Below are positions 34,813-48,300 of a DNA stretch of 64,000 bases, in pieces (within the stretch, counting starts at the first letter, position 1; every line of letters begins with the position of its first letter). The DNA lies in the NCBI GenBank assembly GCA_905178155.1, contig CAJINV010000004.1, positions 8,145,239-8,209,238 on the forward strand, written 5' to 3'. The stretch is from Amoebophrya sp. A120 (lineage: Eukaryota > Protista > Dinoflagellata). A program made the position numbers and the translations under genes. The notes beneath the pieces were generated by a model. It ran no database searches. It was given only the letters and a program-made list of their open reading frames with translations, and was not told the origin of the DNA.

Positions 34813-37407
34813 ATGGTTCTCCTGCTCCTCCCCCGCCCGCAATCACGGATCATCCAACAGCTACTTTTTGTTTCTCTCCCGCTTGCGCACCTATTGGTTT
34901 CCGCAAGCGACCAGGCGACAGACTTCGCCAACCGACGCCCAATCGTCGGCGTGGATGAAAGAACAGCACCTCGACCTCCTCCTCCTATGCTAGTACAAAA
35001 TGCATCGCCAGAAAAAAGAACAGCACCAGAAGCCTCCCTGCCACTGCAACTACGTGAGAAGGATAATTTCCCGCCCCGACCAATGCGCGAGGGCCCGTCG
35101 AGAACTACGCAGAACAAAACTAAAACCAGACCCCACTCTTCGTTTAGCAAAGACCACACTTGTCACCAGCAGCACGGTCGCAAAAGACAAACCTTCATCT
35201 CCCGCAGCACTACAAACCAACATCCTAATCACAGCGAAGCGCAGGAGGTTCGAGTCCTGGTTGAGAGATCACTGCAAGGTCACCGGCTTGGGGAACATTT
35301 TCCTCGGCACGTTCCAGACCCCGGGTAGTACCTCATTTTCCAAGAAAAAAGTGCGCGGTCTCGGGGCCCGAAAAGCGTTTTCGGCAAACGCCGAGGAGTT
35401 AGTTTGCACACCAACGGCGTGCTCAGTGGGTGGAGTGGTGAATCTGCCGGAAAGGTTTAAGCAGCTGGGGAAGCGGTTTCCAGAGGTATAGTTTTCATCT
35501 TGCTTCACGTTCTTTACAACATAGGCTTCTCAAGTTTGATGTTCCTGTCATGCATATTCAAGTTCCGTTTTGGTCGTTTTTCTACAAGTTATAAATCCAA
35601 AGACTCACTTCTATCAGTCCTGCCCCGACTCGGTGCTGGGAAAATTATGGCTAGCGGAGGAATTGACTCTGGGGGAAGACAGCTGGTACGCACCATATTT
35701 GGAATTCTTGCCGCCGCGAGAAGCGTTTCAACACCATCCGGCGACGATTGTGCAAAGCAGGGAGGAGGAATGCGGAAAAACCAAATTGGCGCAAGCAGAA
35801 ACGGCGGAACAGTTCAACAAACTGAATTCTTCTTCAGCTCTCTCCACCAGCTCCGAGACTATTTCCACGGCAGGATCAACAGCAGCAAAGCAGAATTGCA
35901 AAATACACAACCCCCAGCAGCACGCCGCGCGGCGCTTATGGTTACCGAAGTGGGTGCGGTTGAATGAATGCTACAGGAAATACGTGGTACAACTAGGGGC
36001 GACAGCGATAAACGACGTTCGTACCACCACAAACCGGAGCGACGACGAGTATACAACTACCGCAGGAAATTTTTTAGAGTCGGCGACTACCAGGCGTGGA
36101 CCTGGTGGTGAACAACAGCCTACGACTGTTGCTGCCACAGATAGTGTATCAAATGCAAAAATGTCTGGGTCTGGAAGATTTCTAGATTTGTCATGCATAT
36201 TTTCCCTGATCCATGTCGTCTGGAATGCAGGACCTAGCATGACAGATTGTGCCAGATCCCTACCATGCCTATCCTGCATGAGAAACTGCCTCTCGATTAG
36301 GTCAAAAGGGGACAGCTTCTGGTAATCATGCAGCACAGATTTTTACATGATTCAGTTTTAGCATGACAAGTTGCAGACCCACACATTTTTGCATTTGATA
36401 GAGTGTGTCCGAAACTGAATCTCCACGTCCCCTCCCAAAGCACCTGCTGCACGCGCTGCTGCTCTCGCACACACGGGAATTTCGGGGAGACTTGCTCGGA
36501 TTAGAACCGCTGCTCGATTTTGTGCACCACGGACATTTTTCAACTAGTACCGCGAAGAACGGAGGTACCTCGGGCAGTGGAGCTGCATCAAGGCAGTCCA
36601 CGAATGGCACAGCACTCCCTCTTACGTCGTCGAAAGCAGCAAACAACGCCGTCTACGTGCCTGGTCGAATTGTGGCGCGAAAAGTGGAGTATGGGGAAGG
36701 ACACGGGGGTAAAACGAGTGCGGCGAAAGTTCGTAGTCCAATCGATATGACGAGAAACAGAGCCCAAATCCCTTGTTAGCACGGTACCAACAGTTCCTGC
36801 ACCTCTTGTTCCACTTGTCAACACAACGACCGCCATCGGAGGAGACAAAGCAACGAAACCCAAACAAGAACCCTCTCCAATGCGCACCTGGCTGTTGAAG
36901 ACCGCCTACAGTTGCCTGGTTTCGAAAGCGAAAATCACGCCCGGCGAGCAGATCACGATCAATTACGGCTACGAACGGAAGGACGATTTCCAGTTTTTCG
37001 CGCAATACGGATTTCTACCGCAAGGACGAAGGAGGAGTATTCCGCTTCCGAGAGCGGAAAGCGGCGAGGCAGAAAAACACCCTGTTGCTGCGAAGAACCT
37101 AGGTAGGGTGGTAGTTGGTGGAGGAAGTAGCCGACGCAGTACAACTAGAGCTGCAGACGAGGGGAATAATAAAACGAAAAAGTTTTTTAGCCGGTTAACC
37201 CGCTACTTGGGAAACGCAACAACGGAGGTGTCGAAGCCGGTTGCAGGGAGGGGAAGTCCAGCTCTGGTGGGGACAGCAGGAACCAGAAAAAACACAACTA
37301 ACATCACTAAAGCACCCGCGGAAAAATATCCTGATCAAGCGACAAAGACACGTCTGCAGCAAGCGAGCTCCTCCTCGTCTCAACAACAAAAGCGGACTAG
37401 ACCATAA
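34813..37407 (+). CDS. SET-domain lysine/histidine methyltransferase (Rubisco-LSMT/SETD3-like); start and some junctions uncertain
   Basis: FESWLR..VRGLGAR..; SWYAPYLEFLP; LEPLLDFVHH; ITPGEQITINYG..FFAQYGFLP. Confidence 0.75.
36147..36400. mobile_element. Introner family A
   Basis: Family A TIRs (right one shortened); DR tagtg/gagtg. Confidence 0.9.
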
Positions 37408-40032
37408 AATAAACCTTTTCAGCGGAAAAACGTCTTGGCACTACAGCTTGATAAAAACGGAGAGGAGGAGGTTGTGGAGGTAAAGGACATGTACAGCAGG
37501 GCTTGGCTCGATGAGGAGTTGAGACGGGTGATTCTGCCCTAGGAGGGGTTAGAATAGTTTCTTCGACACTGCTTTGCGAATATTTCATTTTGCGATTTTG
37601 TTTATACTTTTGAAAAAAGTTTCCTTGGTTTTCACGGCTTTGTTAAGCGTTTCATTTCACGCCAAACTGCACCTGACACGGAAGGAACGAATAATCTGAA
37701 GTTGCAATTCCGACCTTTGTTTCAAATGAACCAGTTTCAAACTACAGAAGTGCCTAGTTTCTTCACACCGTATTCGAGCGATTGGAATAACAGAACTTCT
37801 ACCTGATCTGGACACTCTGCGTTTCGATGCTAAGCTTTTGTTTTCATCTTCTGCTGCTTGTGTTCTTTGACGAGTGGGTGAAGAGTGCGAACAAAACCAG
37901 CTGTAAGCAATGCTCATTTTCCGACTCGAGAAGGAAAGCGACAGGAGGGCGAGCCGGGTGCGCACAGGGAAGGGCACTGCCGCCCCTTGAAGTTTATCGC
38001 CATGCGATGCAGCGGACTGCGTGAGGGGCTGGGCGAGCTTTGCGACGACCTATGCCGGGCCCGTCTGCGTGGAATGCCGTCACCCCGCCCTGACGCTGCA
38101 GGCCGGCCGGCGCATGATACCAAAACCAAGTCGAGAGACCAAGACGCCGCTGCGAAGTGGGCGCGAGTCTGGAGCTGGGGAGTCCGTCATCAGTGGCATC
38201 CCACACGGTAGGCGTTCTCGAGGGCGCGCGACCCCATGGGCCCAGACCGCGCGGACCATTGGCCGCGATGGGCCGGCCCCGGCCTCCGAAGGTGTGGCCG
38301 GCCACCGCAATGAGTTCGGCAGCAGCAAGGCGAGGGGCCCCACGCCGATACCAAAGCCGCCGCAGAGTGGGCCGACGGCGGCCGGCTTCGCGCTTACTTT
38401 TCTTATCCGCGCTGAAGGAGTTTGAAGAAAAGGGCGCGGCCAATGCAGCAGCTGGCCGGGCGCTGTGCCGGGTGTCCCGGAGGGACTTGCCGCGGGGGGT
38501 ATTTGGCGACCACGCCGGCGGCGTCCTGATCTGGTGCGCCCGGATGTTTTTTGCGCCGCTGGCGGCGCTGCCTCGCTTCTTTAGCTAGCTGCCCCGTCCG
38601 TCATGGCCGCGAGCGGTCTAGTCCTGGACGCCGTGGCGGCCGATGCAGTATTGGCCCGAGGAACCTCCCGCCGCGTGTTTGGCCCCTTGCTCGGCCTGTG
38701 CACGTACATCGGGGAATGACCCCGGGCCTGCGGCCGGAGCCGGGCCAATGGGAAACGCTGGCGCCGCAAAAGGGGGCGGGATTGCCCCAAAAAGTACAGA
38801 AGTGCGCAGCACTAAAAGAAATATCATTCCCGACAGTTTTTTGTTTGCGCGCGTGAAGAGAGGAGGAAGGGCTTCTGTTCGCGAAGAAAGAAGTTTGCTG
38901 TGATGTTTTCTTCACAAAGTGGGAAAAGCCGCAACGAAGGTGAGGGCGGCGGTCCCTCTCCGCGGCGCAATCCCAAGAGGCCCCCAGCGACGGCCGAAGT
39001 GCTTCGGGGGTCTGGGTGGCTGGCAGCGCCGCACAGCTTGCCGACTTGGCTGACCCTGTGGGGCTGGCCACGTGGCTCGGGCGCACACTAACAGAGGAAT
39101 TGCTTCGGAGGCGGTGCATCATTTGCCCCGCGGTGGGCCTGGAGCACATTGGGGCCCGCAAAGTTCTCCCAGAGAACGGGGCCGAAGCGCTGCGGCGTGT
39201 GCTGTTTGACTTCGCGAGCGTCGGGCGGTATATTTCCGGGACCCTTCCGCCCCTTTGGGGGCTTTGCGTCTCCGTCAACCTTTTGCGGGGGGCGCGCAGG
39301 CGCCCGGCGCCATTGAGGCGCCTGCGCCTGCGCGGGTGCCTGTCGTCGGGGCCCAGCTCTTGCCTCCGGGGCGCGCCGCTTGGCGAACCTTTCCCCCCGT
39401 GCGCTATCAAAGCGCGCCGCCACGGGGGCCCCCGTGGTTTTCTGTTGCCCGCCGACCTGCGCATGCGTCTGTCCATCTGGCCGGCAGGCGCCGCAGCGTC
39501 AAAGCAGGCAGCGCGACAGCAGTAGGCTGTGGGCACAGACGCCGCCCGCGTGCTCGCGGTGTGGGCGCGCTGGTGTCGTCACCTTGACTTCCGCCGCCGC
39601 CCAACTTGCTGCAGGCACGCGCGTGCTTCTCGCGTTTTGCGCGCCGTTGTGCACCCGGCTTCTCGAGACCGGTCTCCGTTTTTCTGTTCTAAAAGGCTGA
39701 ATAAACCATGTTCCGCCCCCGGTGCTCGTGCAGCTGGGCGATATACAAAAACATTTGTGTGCTCCTTCCTGCACCTTCCACGGGCGGTTTTGAGCGTCCT
39801 GCGAGAGGTTCTATTTCGTATAAGAAACACCGCAATCTCCGAGCGCTAAAAGTTGCTCCACAGTTCGTCTCTTCAGCGAGGCTTGAAGCTAAGACAAGAT
39901 GATGGTCGAGCCGGACATCGATGGCGGGGGCGGGTTTTAGGTTGGTGAAACTGGAAGGTGGTAGGCGGAAGTTGTTCAAGTTTGGCCGCGTCTGTGCATG
40001 CCGATAAATATGTTCTGTAGACAAATCTTTCT

Positions 40033-42700
40033 ATGCCAAAATGCAAGAACTTCCTCCTGCCTAAGAACTCTTTCCCCGCCTGTTATACCCTGCAGTCCAG
40101 CAGCAGTAACGAGCCTGCAGACGACTCGCGAGGCGGCCCACCGCACCAGAACCCTCCGTATCAAATGCAAAAATGTCTGGGTCTGGAAGATTGCGAGATT
40201 TGTCATGCTTGTCTGGCATGACCAACAAGTTTGTAATGCGTGTTCAAGAAGGGATCCTTTTGCCTGTCATGCAAAAACGCAGGTTGTCATGCGAAAAACG
40301 CAACACAAAAAAGCGCAGATATTTCTCATGCTTGCCGGTGCATTACAGAGCATTCACTATTCCCAACGCAGCATTACAAGTTTCCAGACCCAGACATTTT
40401 TGCAATTGATATCCCGCCGGGCAACACGATAACGCAGGCCGTGATGCTGCCACCCGACTTCTTTTTCGAGTCCTGGCACCACTATGACACCGACGAGTTC
40501 TTATCCTGAGGAAAAAAGCCCCCACCCGATAGTTGTCATGCAGAGTTGCATATTCCAGGAAAGTATGTAATGCGCATCCCGCCCATGAGGGGCGTTTGTA
40601 GTCGTGTAGTTTTCGCATTTGCACTGCTGTTAACAGGATGAGCAGATGGATTTGTGACGCGGCTGCCCTCGCTCACCTGCACTACAGTACAACAGAGAGA
40701 AGCTTGTCATGCGTGACTCCCGCAGCCGCTGGATTTGTGTTGCAAAGTTCCAACCTTGAGTCCAAGGTGTGGGCTCCGTTTTTGCTCCGGATAGTTCTGC
40801 CCCCAGGAACAGGAAAAAGCCGCACTGGAGGCGCTACGACAAGCGGAGGAGGAAGGGGTGGATGAGATGCATTTACGAAGTATGGGATGGGGAGGCATTT
40901 TGACTAGGTTTCAGCAGTCCCCTTGCAAGAAAGTTCTAGTCCTTGATATAAAACGGTTGTATGTAGTTCTTGTTTTGCAGCACGAGCAATCATTATCGAA
41001 AAAACATGTGTTTTGAGATCAGCGCCAAGCTAGCCAAAGTCGTTTTCCCCATTCACACTCGGGCAAAAAGAGCAGCACGAGAGGACAAAAAGGGGTGAGC
41101 AGGAGCCGATGATCGCACTGAAGGTACCATTTCCAGTATCCAAGAAAAAAACTGTGTAAGTGCGACTTTGTGTTGCAGACGATGCAAGACGATTACAACT
41201 GTCATCCTGGACATGCATTAGACGCTGTTTTCGCACGTGTTTTCACGTACTAGGTACGCATGACAGGTTTTCTCTGTCATGCAGAGCAAACTTGTGATGC
41301 TGTTTTTTCCAAGGAAGTTACACTTACACAAATTTTTTCTTGCATATCAAGCAGGAGGCCGCGCGAGCAAGTACCCAAGAATAACCTATAGCCTGCCGAC
41401 AGGTATGAGATTTATTGATGCCACAGGTTGTTATTGTTTGTCTTCACATTTTGTTCCAACCGATCATGTGTTGCTTTGTCATTCATGTTCCTCCATGCCA
41501 TGGCAGATGAGGCTCCAGAATTTCTAAATTCGATCACGCACGAAAGCAAAATGATGGAATTATCAACTACATACAGGTCACAACTACAAGAAAGAAGACG
41601 TCGCGAGCATGCGTGCGGTGCACAGTGTATGGGAAGAGTGAAAAAAATGGTTGTGCCAGACATATATTGTTCATCATAAGTCGCAAATTAGAATTTGCCC
41701 GCGGCTAAGAACTCGAACTTTGTCATGCAACTCCTAAATGTCAAGATCTATGTGACAGCCCTTTGAGAGGAGATTGGAGCAGTTTTTCCAGTCCATACAC
41801 ACTCTACACGGCGTTTCGGCAAGACACCTCTTTCTGCCACAAGTACCGGATCATCGGTTCCGCGCTGCACCCAAAATACCCCGGCACGCTCCTGGTATTA
41901 TACTGCTTTTTGTAGATAGTTGTTGAAAGAAATTGAAATTTGTTGTTTTCTCCCCTTGTGTTTGTGATGCGGATTTTGCATGAGGATTCTGTAATGCGTG
42001 GACGTAATTTCAGTGCCAATTCTCAGGTTCTCGTGCACGGTGAAGACGAGCACTAATATGGGTATCAAATGCAAAAGTGTCTGGGTCTGGAAACTTGTGA
42101 TACTGGGTGGCGTATCATGAGGAGGCCACAAGTGCTGGCTCAGCATGACAAGTTTCTGAGGAGCTTCTAGGTGTTGCCTATTCTGCATGACAAACTGCGT
42201 TTCTGCATGACAGAAAAATGGGGCTCTTGGATAATGTGCACGACAAATTCAAGATTCATGTGAGACAAGCATGACAAACTTGCATTCTTCCAGCCCCCGA
42301 CATTTTTGCACTTGATAATGGCATTGAAAAAGCAATCGGTCTCCTTTCAGCTCGTACATATGATTTAGCAAGTCACCATCCGGAATAATTCTCTTCTGTC
42401 ATGCAGTCGTGCATCACGATAAGAAAATCGGTTTTGTTGTCAATCTATTAGGAGCTGAGAAAGAAAAAGCCGAGTAGTTTTTTTCAACCCCACATTCCCG
42501 TACCAGAGTACTGGCCCGAGCACGTGAACCATGCTATGCAGCCGCTACCCATGGTGTCTTGCCGTTATTTCTACTGCATGGAAAAAATGTAGTTGCACTT
42601 TGTCATGCAGAAATACCGGCAAGACAAACACCTCTTCTCCATACGTTGCGATATGGAAATTTGCCAGGAAACCTATAACAAGCACCCAGTGGACAAGAAT
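40033..42700 (+). CDS. Hypothetical multi-exon protein (many short exons; ends uncertain)
   Basis: Frame restored across the 40159 and 40502 elements (PGNTITQAVMLPPDFFFESWHHYDTDEFCPQEQEKAALEAL); later exons such as LYTAFRQDTSFCHKYRIIGSALHPKYPG. Confidence 0.5.
40159..40411. mobile_element. Introner family A
   Basis: Family A TIRs; DR ctccg/tcccg. Confidence 0.9.
40502..40793. mobile_element. Introner family C
   Basis: Family C TIRs; DR gttct/gttct. Confidence 0.9.
42063..42317. mobile_element. Introner family A
   Basis: Family A TIRs; DR atggg/atggc. Confidence 0.9.
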
Positions 42701-43538
42701 ATGCTAGGGCAAATCGCTTGAAGTTGAACTGAGTTGAAATTTGCCATATGGAACAAGCTGCAGATTTTTCGTAGGCGATTTTGTAGTTTATCCCTATTTC
42801 CTTTCAACTTTACCTGCACGCCTGAAGTTCTTCGGATTCTTGCGCTAATTTTCTTAGCAGGTCTTCGTCGAACAACACTCTACTACACTTATCACGATTT
42901 GCGTTGCATAACACACTTCCTAAGGCTAGAAATCTTTTTCGAGCACGACGCGCAAATACGAAGAAACAAACATTCTGAGCCCCCGACCTCGTCATAGATT
43001 TACTTGCAGCCACCATCGAAGCTAGAATGCTGGACCGACGTGTGAAAAAGTATGTATCTATTAACCAATCTAGAATGCTAAAACGAGAAAAAAATGCATC
43101 CTTCATCCAAGCCGACCGCTACTAAAATGTTTGTTTTCCCTGCCACATACGATCATGATCGACAACTGTTTGTCGCACGGCAAGGGGATCCCGCCACGAG
43201 TATCCGAAATGTAGTCAGTAGCGTGTAGTGTCAGTACTTGTACAATGTGTCTTGCATAATTAGATGACAGCACGACCAGAACGACCGAACAAGAAGAACG
43301 TTTTTCAGTGCGGATATTTTTTACTGTTTCCTCACACGGTCCACGCGTTTGTTGTGTCAGTCTCCTTTGCGTTGAAAACAAGCTGATGTGTAAGTACTCG
43401 ATCTGCAAAAAGACGCGTTACAAGCACGCCTACACGCTCATCCTCCGCCCGGGTCATAAGCGTACCTGTGGATGCATAGGGTGTTGACCTTGCGTCGGGC
43501 GTTACCGACACACCAGGTAGTACGTGTTGTGTAACGTT

Positions 43539-43602
43539 CAATTTGAATTTGTAATGCATGTTTTCCATCTCAATTTGAATTTGTAATGCATGTTTTCCAT
43601 CT
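43539..43602. repeat. 32-bp perfect tandem duplication
   Basis: CAATTTGAATTTGTAATGCATGTTTTCCATCT twice. Confidence 0.9.
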
Positions 43603-43670
43603 GAATCGATCATGAATTATGCTTTCTTGATGCTAAAACAACAGGAACAAGTCGCGAATGTGGGAAAGGC

Positions 43671-43952
43671 TATTCTGAGTAAAACCGTCCCCACCCCAGA
43701 GTTGTCATGCAATTCTGCATGCGAAAAAAGGTTCTCATGCGGAGCCCTATGAGAAGCATTTTCCATTTGTGTTTTTGAATTTGTGATGCTAGAATCAGCA
43801 TGCTAAGCTAGATCTTTGATGCTTCTGAACTAGCTAAACAGGACGATAACACTACGAGGACAAACTTGTCATGCCAGACGACCAAGGCTGGCTGATTTGT
43901 CTAGCAGATTTCCCGTCTTGACTCTGGTGTGGGGACGCTTTCAATCAGGATA
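43671..43952. mobile_element. Introner family C (host gene unclear)
   Basis: Family C TIRs; DR aaggc/aaggc. Confidence 0.9.
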
Positions 43953-45314
43953 AAGGCTTTGTTGCGGTTAGCGTTGGCCGTCGGTGATTTAGGATTCGCG
44001 ACTACTCAACATCGCGTTTTCTTCTTTATTTCCAACTTGTCATGCACGTTTTGCATGATTTGATACTTGCAAGAATCAGTGTACGTGCTTTCCTCTTGTC
44101 AATAGAAGTGTTCTGTCACGAAGAGTAAAAAGCGAGTGTTGACCACATCCTGTGCATACGCAGATGCGGCGCACGAGGCGGACGCGGCAGAGTTGCTGGA
44201 AGTCTTCTGCCACTGAAAGAAATTATCAGCGTTACTTTCTCGTCGAGTCAATTTTTGTAATAGCAAACGAAAGCAGGTAGAGTTTCGAAGAAAACAATTT
44301 TATGCAACCTAGGTCATGTCACAGCAAAAAAATCACACCTAAGATTATCGAACAGCAATTGAGAGTCAGAAGCCAAATTGGCTTATGCAGAGGTCGTCTT
44401 ACTATGCACAGAGAGATAGACGTGTTTTTTTTTTCACCGTATAGCTGCAGCTTGTAGTTACAGCTAATTGATTTAGCTTTTTTTGAGAAGTTTCCAAGCC
44501 GAAAGTTTCGATCTACGCAAATTATCCTTTGTAGAAATTTTGATTGAAATGGAATTCACCTAAGTAAAATGTCTTCACACGGGGTAATACTTGGCGAGCA
44601 CACTAGACTTGCAAAAACGAGTCGTCTGCTCCAGCCAGGAGCGGTAGCACCGCCACTAGTTTCTTATACCTAAAAATGCAAACCTGTAATCTATACCATT
44701 GTGATTCATCGAACAGGATGCCTCATCTTCTTCCGAAGAAATTTAGCGCTCGCCTGCTGATGATTTGGATCGGGCGTCAAGAGCAGCTCTTGACAACTCG
44801 TGATGAGCTCAGTTCAGCACGAGTTTTGTAGTTCTACAGCATTACAACCTTAAAGAAAAACCGTGTTCATCAGTGCCTGGCGGACAACCGCGCTCAGCTG
44901 AGTCTCCACACTGTACGCTCTTTACCATGCTGACAAGGACCGGAAATTCCGGAAATTAATCCTGATCCCTGTCTGGTGAGACAGACTTGATGCCGCAACG
45001 CCAAAAAAACGTCGTCGTGCTCTGCTTCTTCTGACTAAAACCGTACTACATGTTCCATCGTAAGATCAATTTCAGTTGTTCCTTTCTCTACCACTTTATC
45101 TCAGCGGCTGTATAGTGATGTGACAAACGAGACACTATCTGTAGCTGCCTTTTTCGTAATAGTGTCAGATTTGAGATATTTTTAGCCTCAAGTAACATAA
45201 TAGAATTTAGTTTCAAATTGGCAAAAAGTGTTGCCCTGCCCACGATGCGCAAAACCAAATCATGTTGCGCGCCGCAGGGCAACTACGACGTGAATTGCCC
45301 AGCCTCGGAGTTGG

Positions 45315-48300
45315 ATGCGCAGCAGCTGCAGGAGACCTGCTCGTGTTACTAGCCCCTCTGTAGACCATAGCGACCGCACTTCGGACGATCACCGGAAAAC
45401 CCCGAACAATATGTCCGTCGCAAAGTTTGTTTTCGACTTCGTCGACCAGCCCGAGGGGCTGGAGGACGTGGTCGCAGCGAGAAGAAACGAGGACGTCGGT
45501 CCGATCGGTCGGAACATCGATACCACTGCCAGTGCGGTGCAACAGGTCGTGGAAGCCGACCTCTTCGAGGACATAAACCCACAAACCCTCGAGCACGACG
45601 CCATCGATATCAAATGCAAAAATGTCTGGGTCTGGAAGGATGTAACTTGTGATGCTGCATTTGGATTCTACAAAAATCTGTATTGCATGAACAGCAAAAG
45701 AGGCCCAGCTTTTGCGACGGCGAGAGGGCATTTCTCATACGGTATAGGCATCAGGAAGCCATCACAAAATCTCTGATGCTTGGGCATGCATCACAGACAT
45801 CAGGAGTCATGCGAAATGTGCATGACAAACCTTGCATCCTTCCAGACCCAGACATTTTTACACTTGATAATCGATGCGACGCAGCAAAACAGCAATCTGA
45901 AGAAATACGCGTGGAACGCGGGCGACCTCGGCTACGTTCTCCGAATGCTATCAAAGGGAAAAATCCCCCCTCCCCATATCGAAACGAAGTTTCTCATGCT
46001 GGATTTGCGTACACAAATCAGGTCTGTCTTGCTGGAGAGGACTGCAGGCATATGCCAAGCCTGAGGCGAGAGGTTTTGCTATAGGCGACTAGCGTGACAG
46101 ATGTCTATGCTGTAAGCCCAACAGCATCACAAACCGCCCGCATAATGCGGCGGACTCTCTGGCTTTGCCTTCTTGCAAGACAGACAGGATCTGTCGTCAC
46201 AAATCTGCATTTACAAATTTTTCAATACGGGGAGTTGGGATTTTTCGTCACAATAAATGCACATCGAAGTTAATGCCGGCACCATGGCGCCGCTGCGGGT
46301 CACGGTGCCCGGCGTCGCGGAGGTGGTACAGTGCGAGCTCGCGAAAATAAGCGGGGGATCAGCAACATCTACTTCGGGAAGAGCAGGTTCTTTCCACAAC
46401 GCAGGAATGCAAGGGAAAAATGGTAACAGCAGCAGCACTTTGCACACCGCGGTATTTGGTGGACATCCACCGGGTGGTGCTGGGCAACTACAACCAGATC
46501 ATTCCGTCCAAAGGATACACCGAAGGCCACTTTTATCGAAAGCGAAGATGCAGCACTCGCGGTCGAGCACGAGCTCCTGCTGGTTTCAGGAACTGCATTC
46601 CGGAGCACATATTGCGGACGCCGCAAGCATGGCACGAACCGGGTCCGCGCTGCTCAGCACGAAAATCGACTTGCTGACCACGCAGTATCAAAAGTAAAAA
46701 TGTCTGGGTCTGGAAACTTGTGATGCTGGGTGGCGTCTCATGATGAGGCTACAAATGCTGGCTCAGCATGACAAGTTTCTGAGCTCCTAGGTGTTGCCTA
46801 TTCTGCATGACAAACTGCGCTTCTGCATCACAGAAAAACGGAGCTCTTGGGTAACGTGCATGACAGATTTAAGAGTCATGCCAGACGAGCATGACAAAGA
46901 TGAATTCTTCCAGACCCAGACATTTTTGCAATCCATACGCAGGAAAGGGAAACAAAACGGGGCAGGAGCAGTAGGGACCGTGGTCGAGGAGGACACCAAG
47001 ACGGAGAAAAACAACACGCACGGCGGAGAAGCGCGGACCGGAACAACTCGTCGAAGGAGAGAAATCGCGCAACTTCCAGAGACCGGAATCATGATGCGCG
47101 AAGTCGCAGCAGGGAGAGAACAAGAAACACCAAACACGACAGCAGCCCAAAGCCTATGAACTGCAAAAATGTCTGGGTCTGGAAGGTCACAACTTGTGAT
47201 GCCGTCTGTGGATTCTAAACAAAAATTGTATTGCATGACCAGCAAGAGGGGTCGGGTTTGTCCTACGCGGAAAGGGCATTTCTCATGCGGTAGAGGTATC
47301 ACAAAGCCCTCCAAAAATCTGTGATACTACGGCGTGTATTACAGACATCATGGCTCATGGAAAATATGCATGACAAATCTAGAAATCTTCCAGACCCAGA
47401 CACTTTTACATTTGATAAAGCCGACAAAGCAGCCAAGTTTGCCTTTTCTGGAACCGAAAACGCCCAGCGGCAGCTCTCCTGCGCCCTCGAAGGACAGAAT
47501 TTACAACATTTGGTTTCCGGAGTCGCACCGCATGGAGGTCATCCTCCACGTCTTGTATCAGGACCGCGGTAGCGTGATGCAGGTCCACCCGGCAGACACG
47601 AATTACGCCGTGCGAAACACGAAAGCAGCGACCTCTTTGCCGATCCACGCCTTCTTCCTCTCGCCAAATCACTTGCCGAAAGTCGTTGGTGGAGCGGCAG
47701 CTGACCAGGGATTTACCGTTTTCGGCGAGACGAATCGGAGAACGAAACAAAAAACCAAGTCGAGAGGACAATTTGGTCAGGACGGTAGTAGGAACAACTA
47801 CCTGGGTTCCTCGTCGAGGCTGGATGGCAGAACAGCTAAGTTCGATAACCAAACCGAACTAGAGATTATCACGCCCTGCTCCTACAACGTGCTATTGTCC
47901 GGTGAAAGATTGGAGTCACAAACCATCACCCCGCAGCAGCAGCAGCGAGCTATCCTATGTAAAAACGTCCCCACCCCATAGTCAAGATGCGGAATCGGCT
48001 ACACAAATCCGCAAGTTTTGGGTGTCTTGCATGACAAATTTGGACTCGTATTGTAGTGCTGTTTGAGGTACTTCAGCAGCATCACAGATCTAGTATATCA
48101 TGCTCATTGGAGCATGGCAAATCCCAAAACTCGACTAGAAGATACTTCTCATGGGGCTCCGCATGAGAACCATTCTCAGCACGCAGATTTGCATTACAAC
48201 TCTGGGGTGGGGACGTTTTTAAATACGATACGAGCGCGAGCATCCTCATCCTCCCCAACGCCGCTTGGAGGCGTAACACCCCAAGTTCTACTAATCGGCG

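Noticed and set aside
33193-39849. Long overlapping Arg/Ala/Gly/Pro-rich ORFs in the GC islands
   Set aside because: They are open in several frames because of high GC and show no domain or consistent codon bias.
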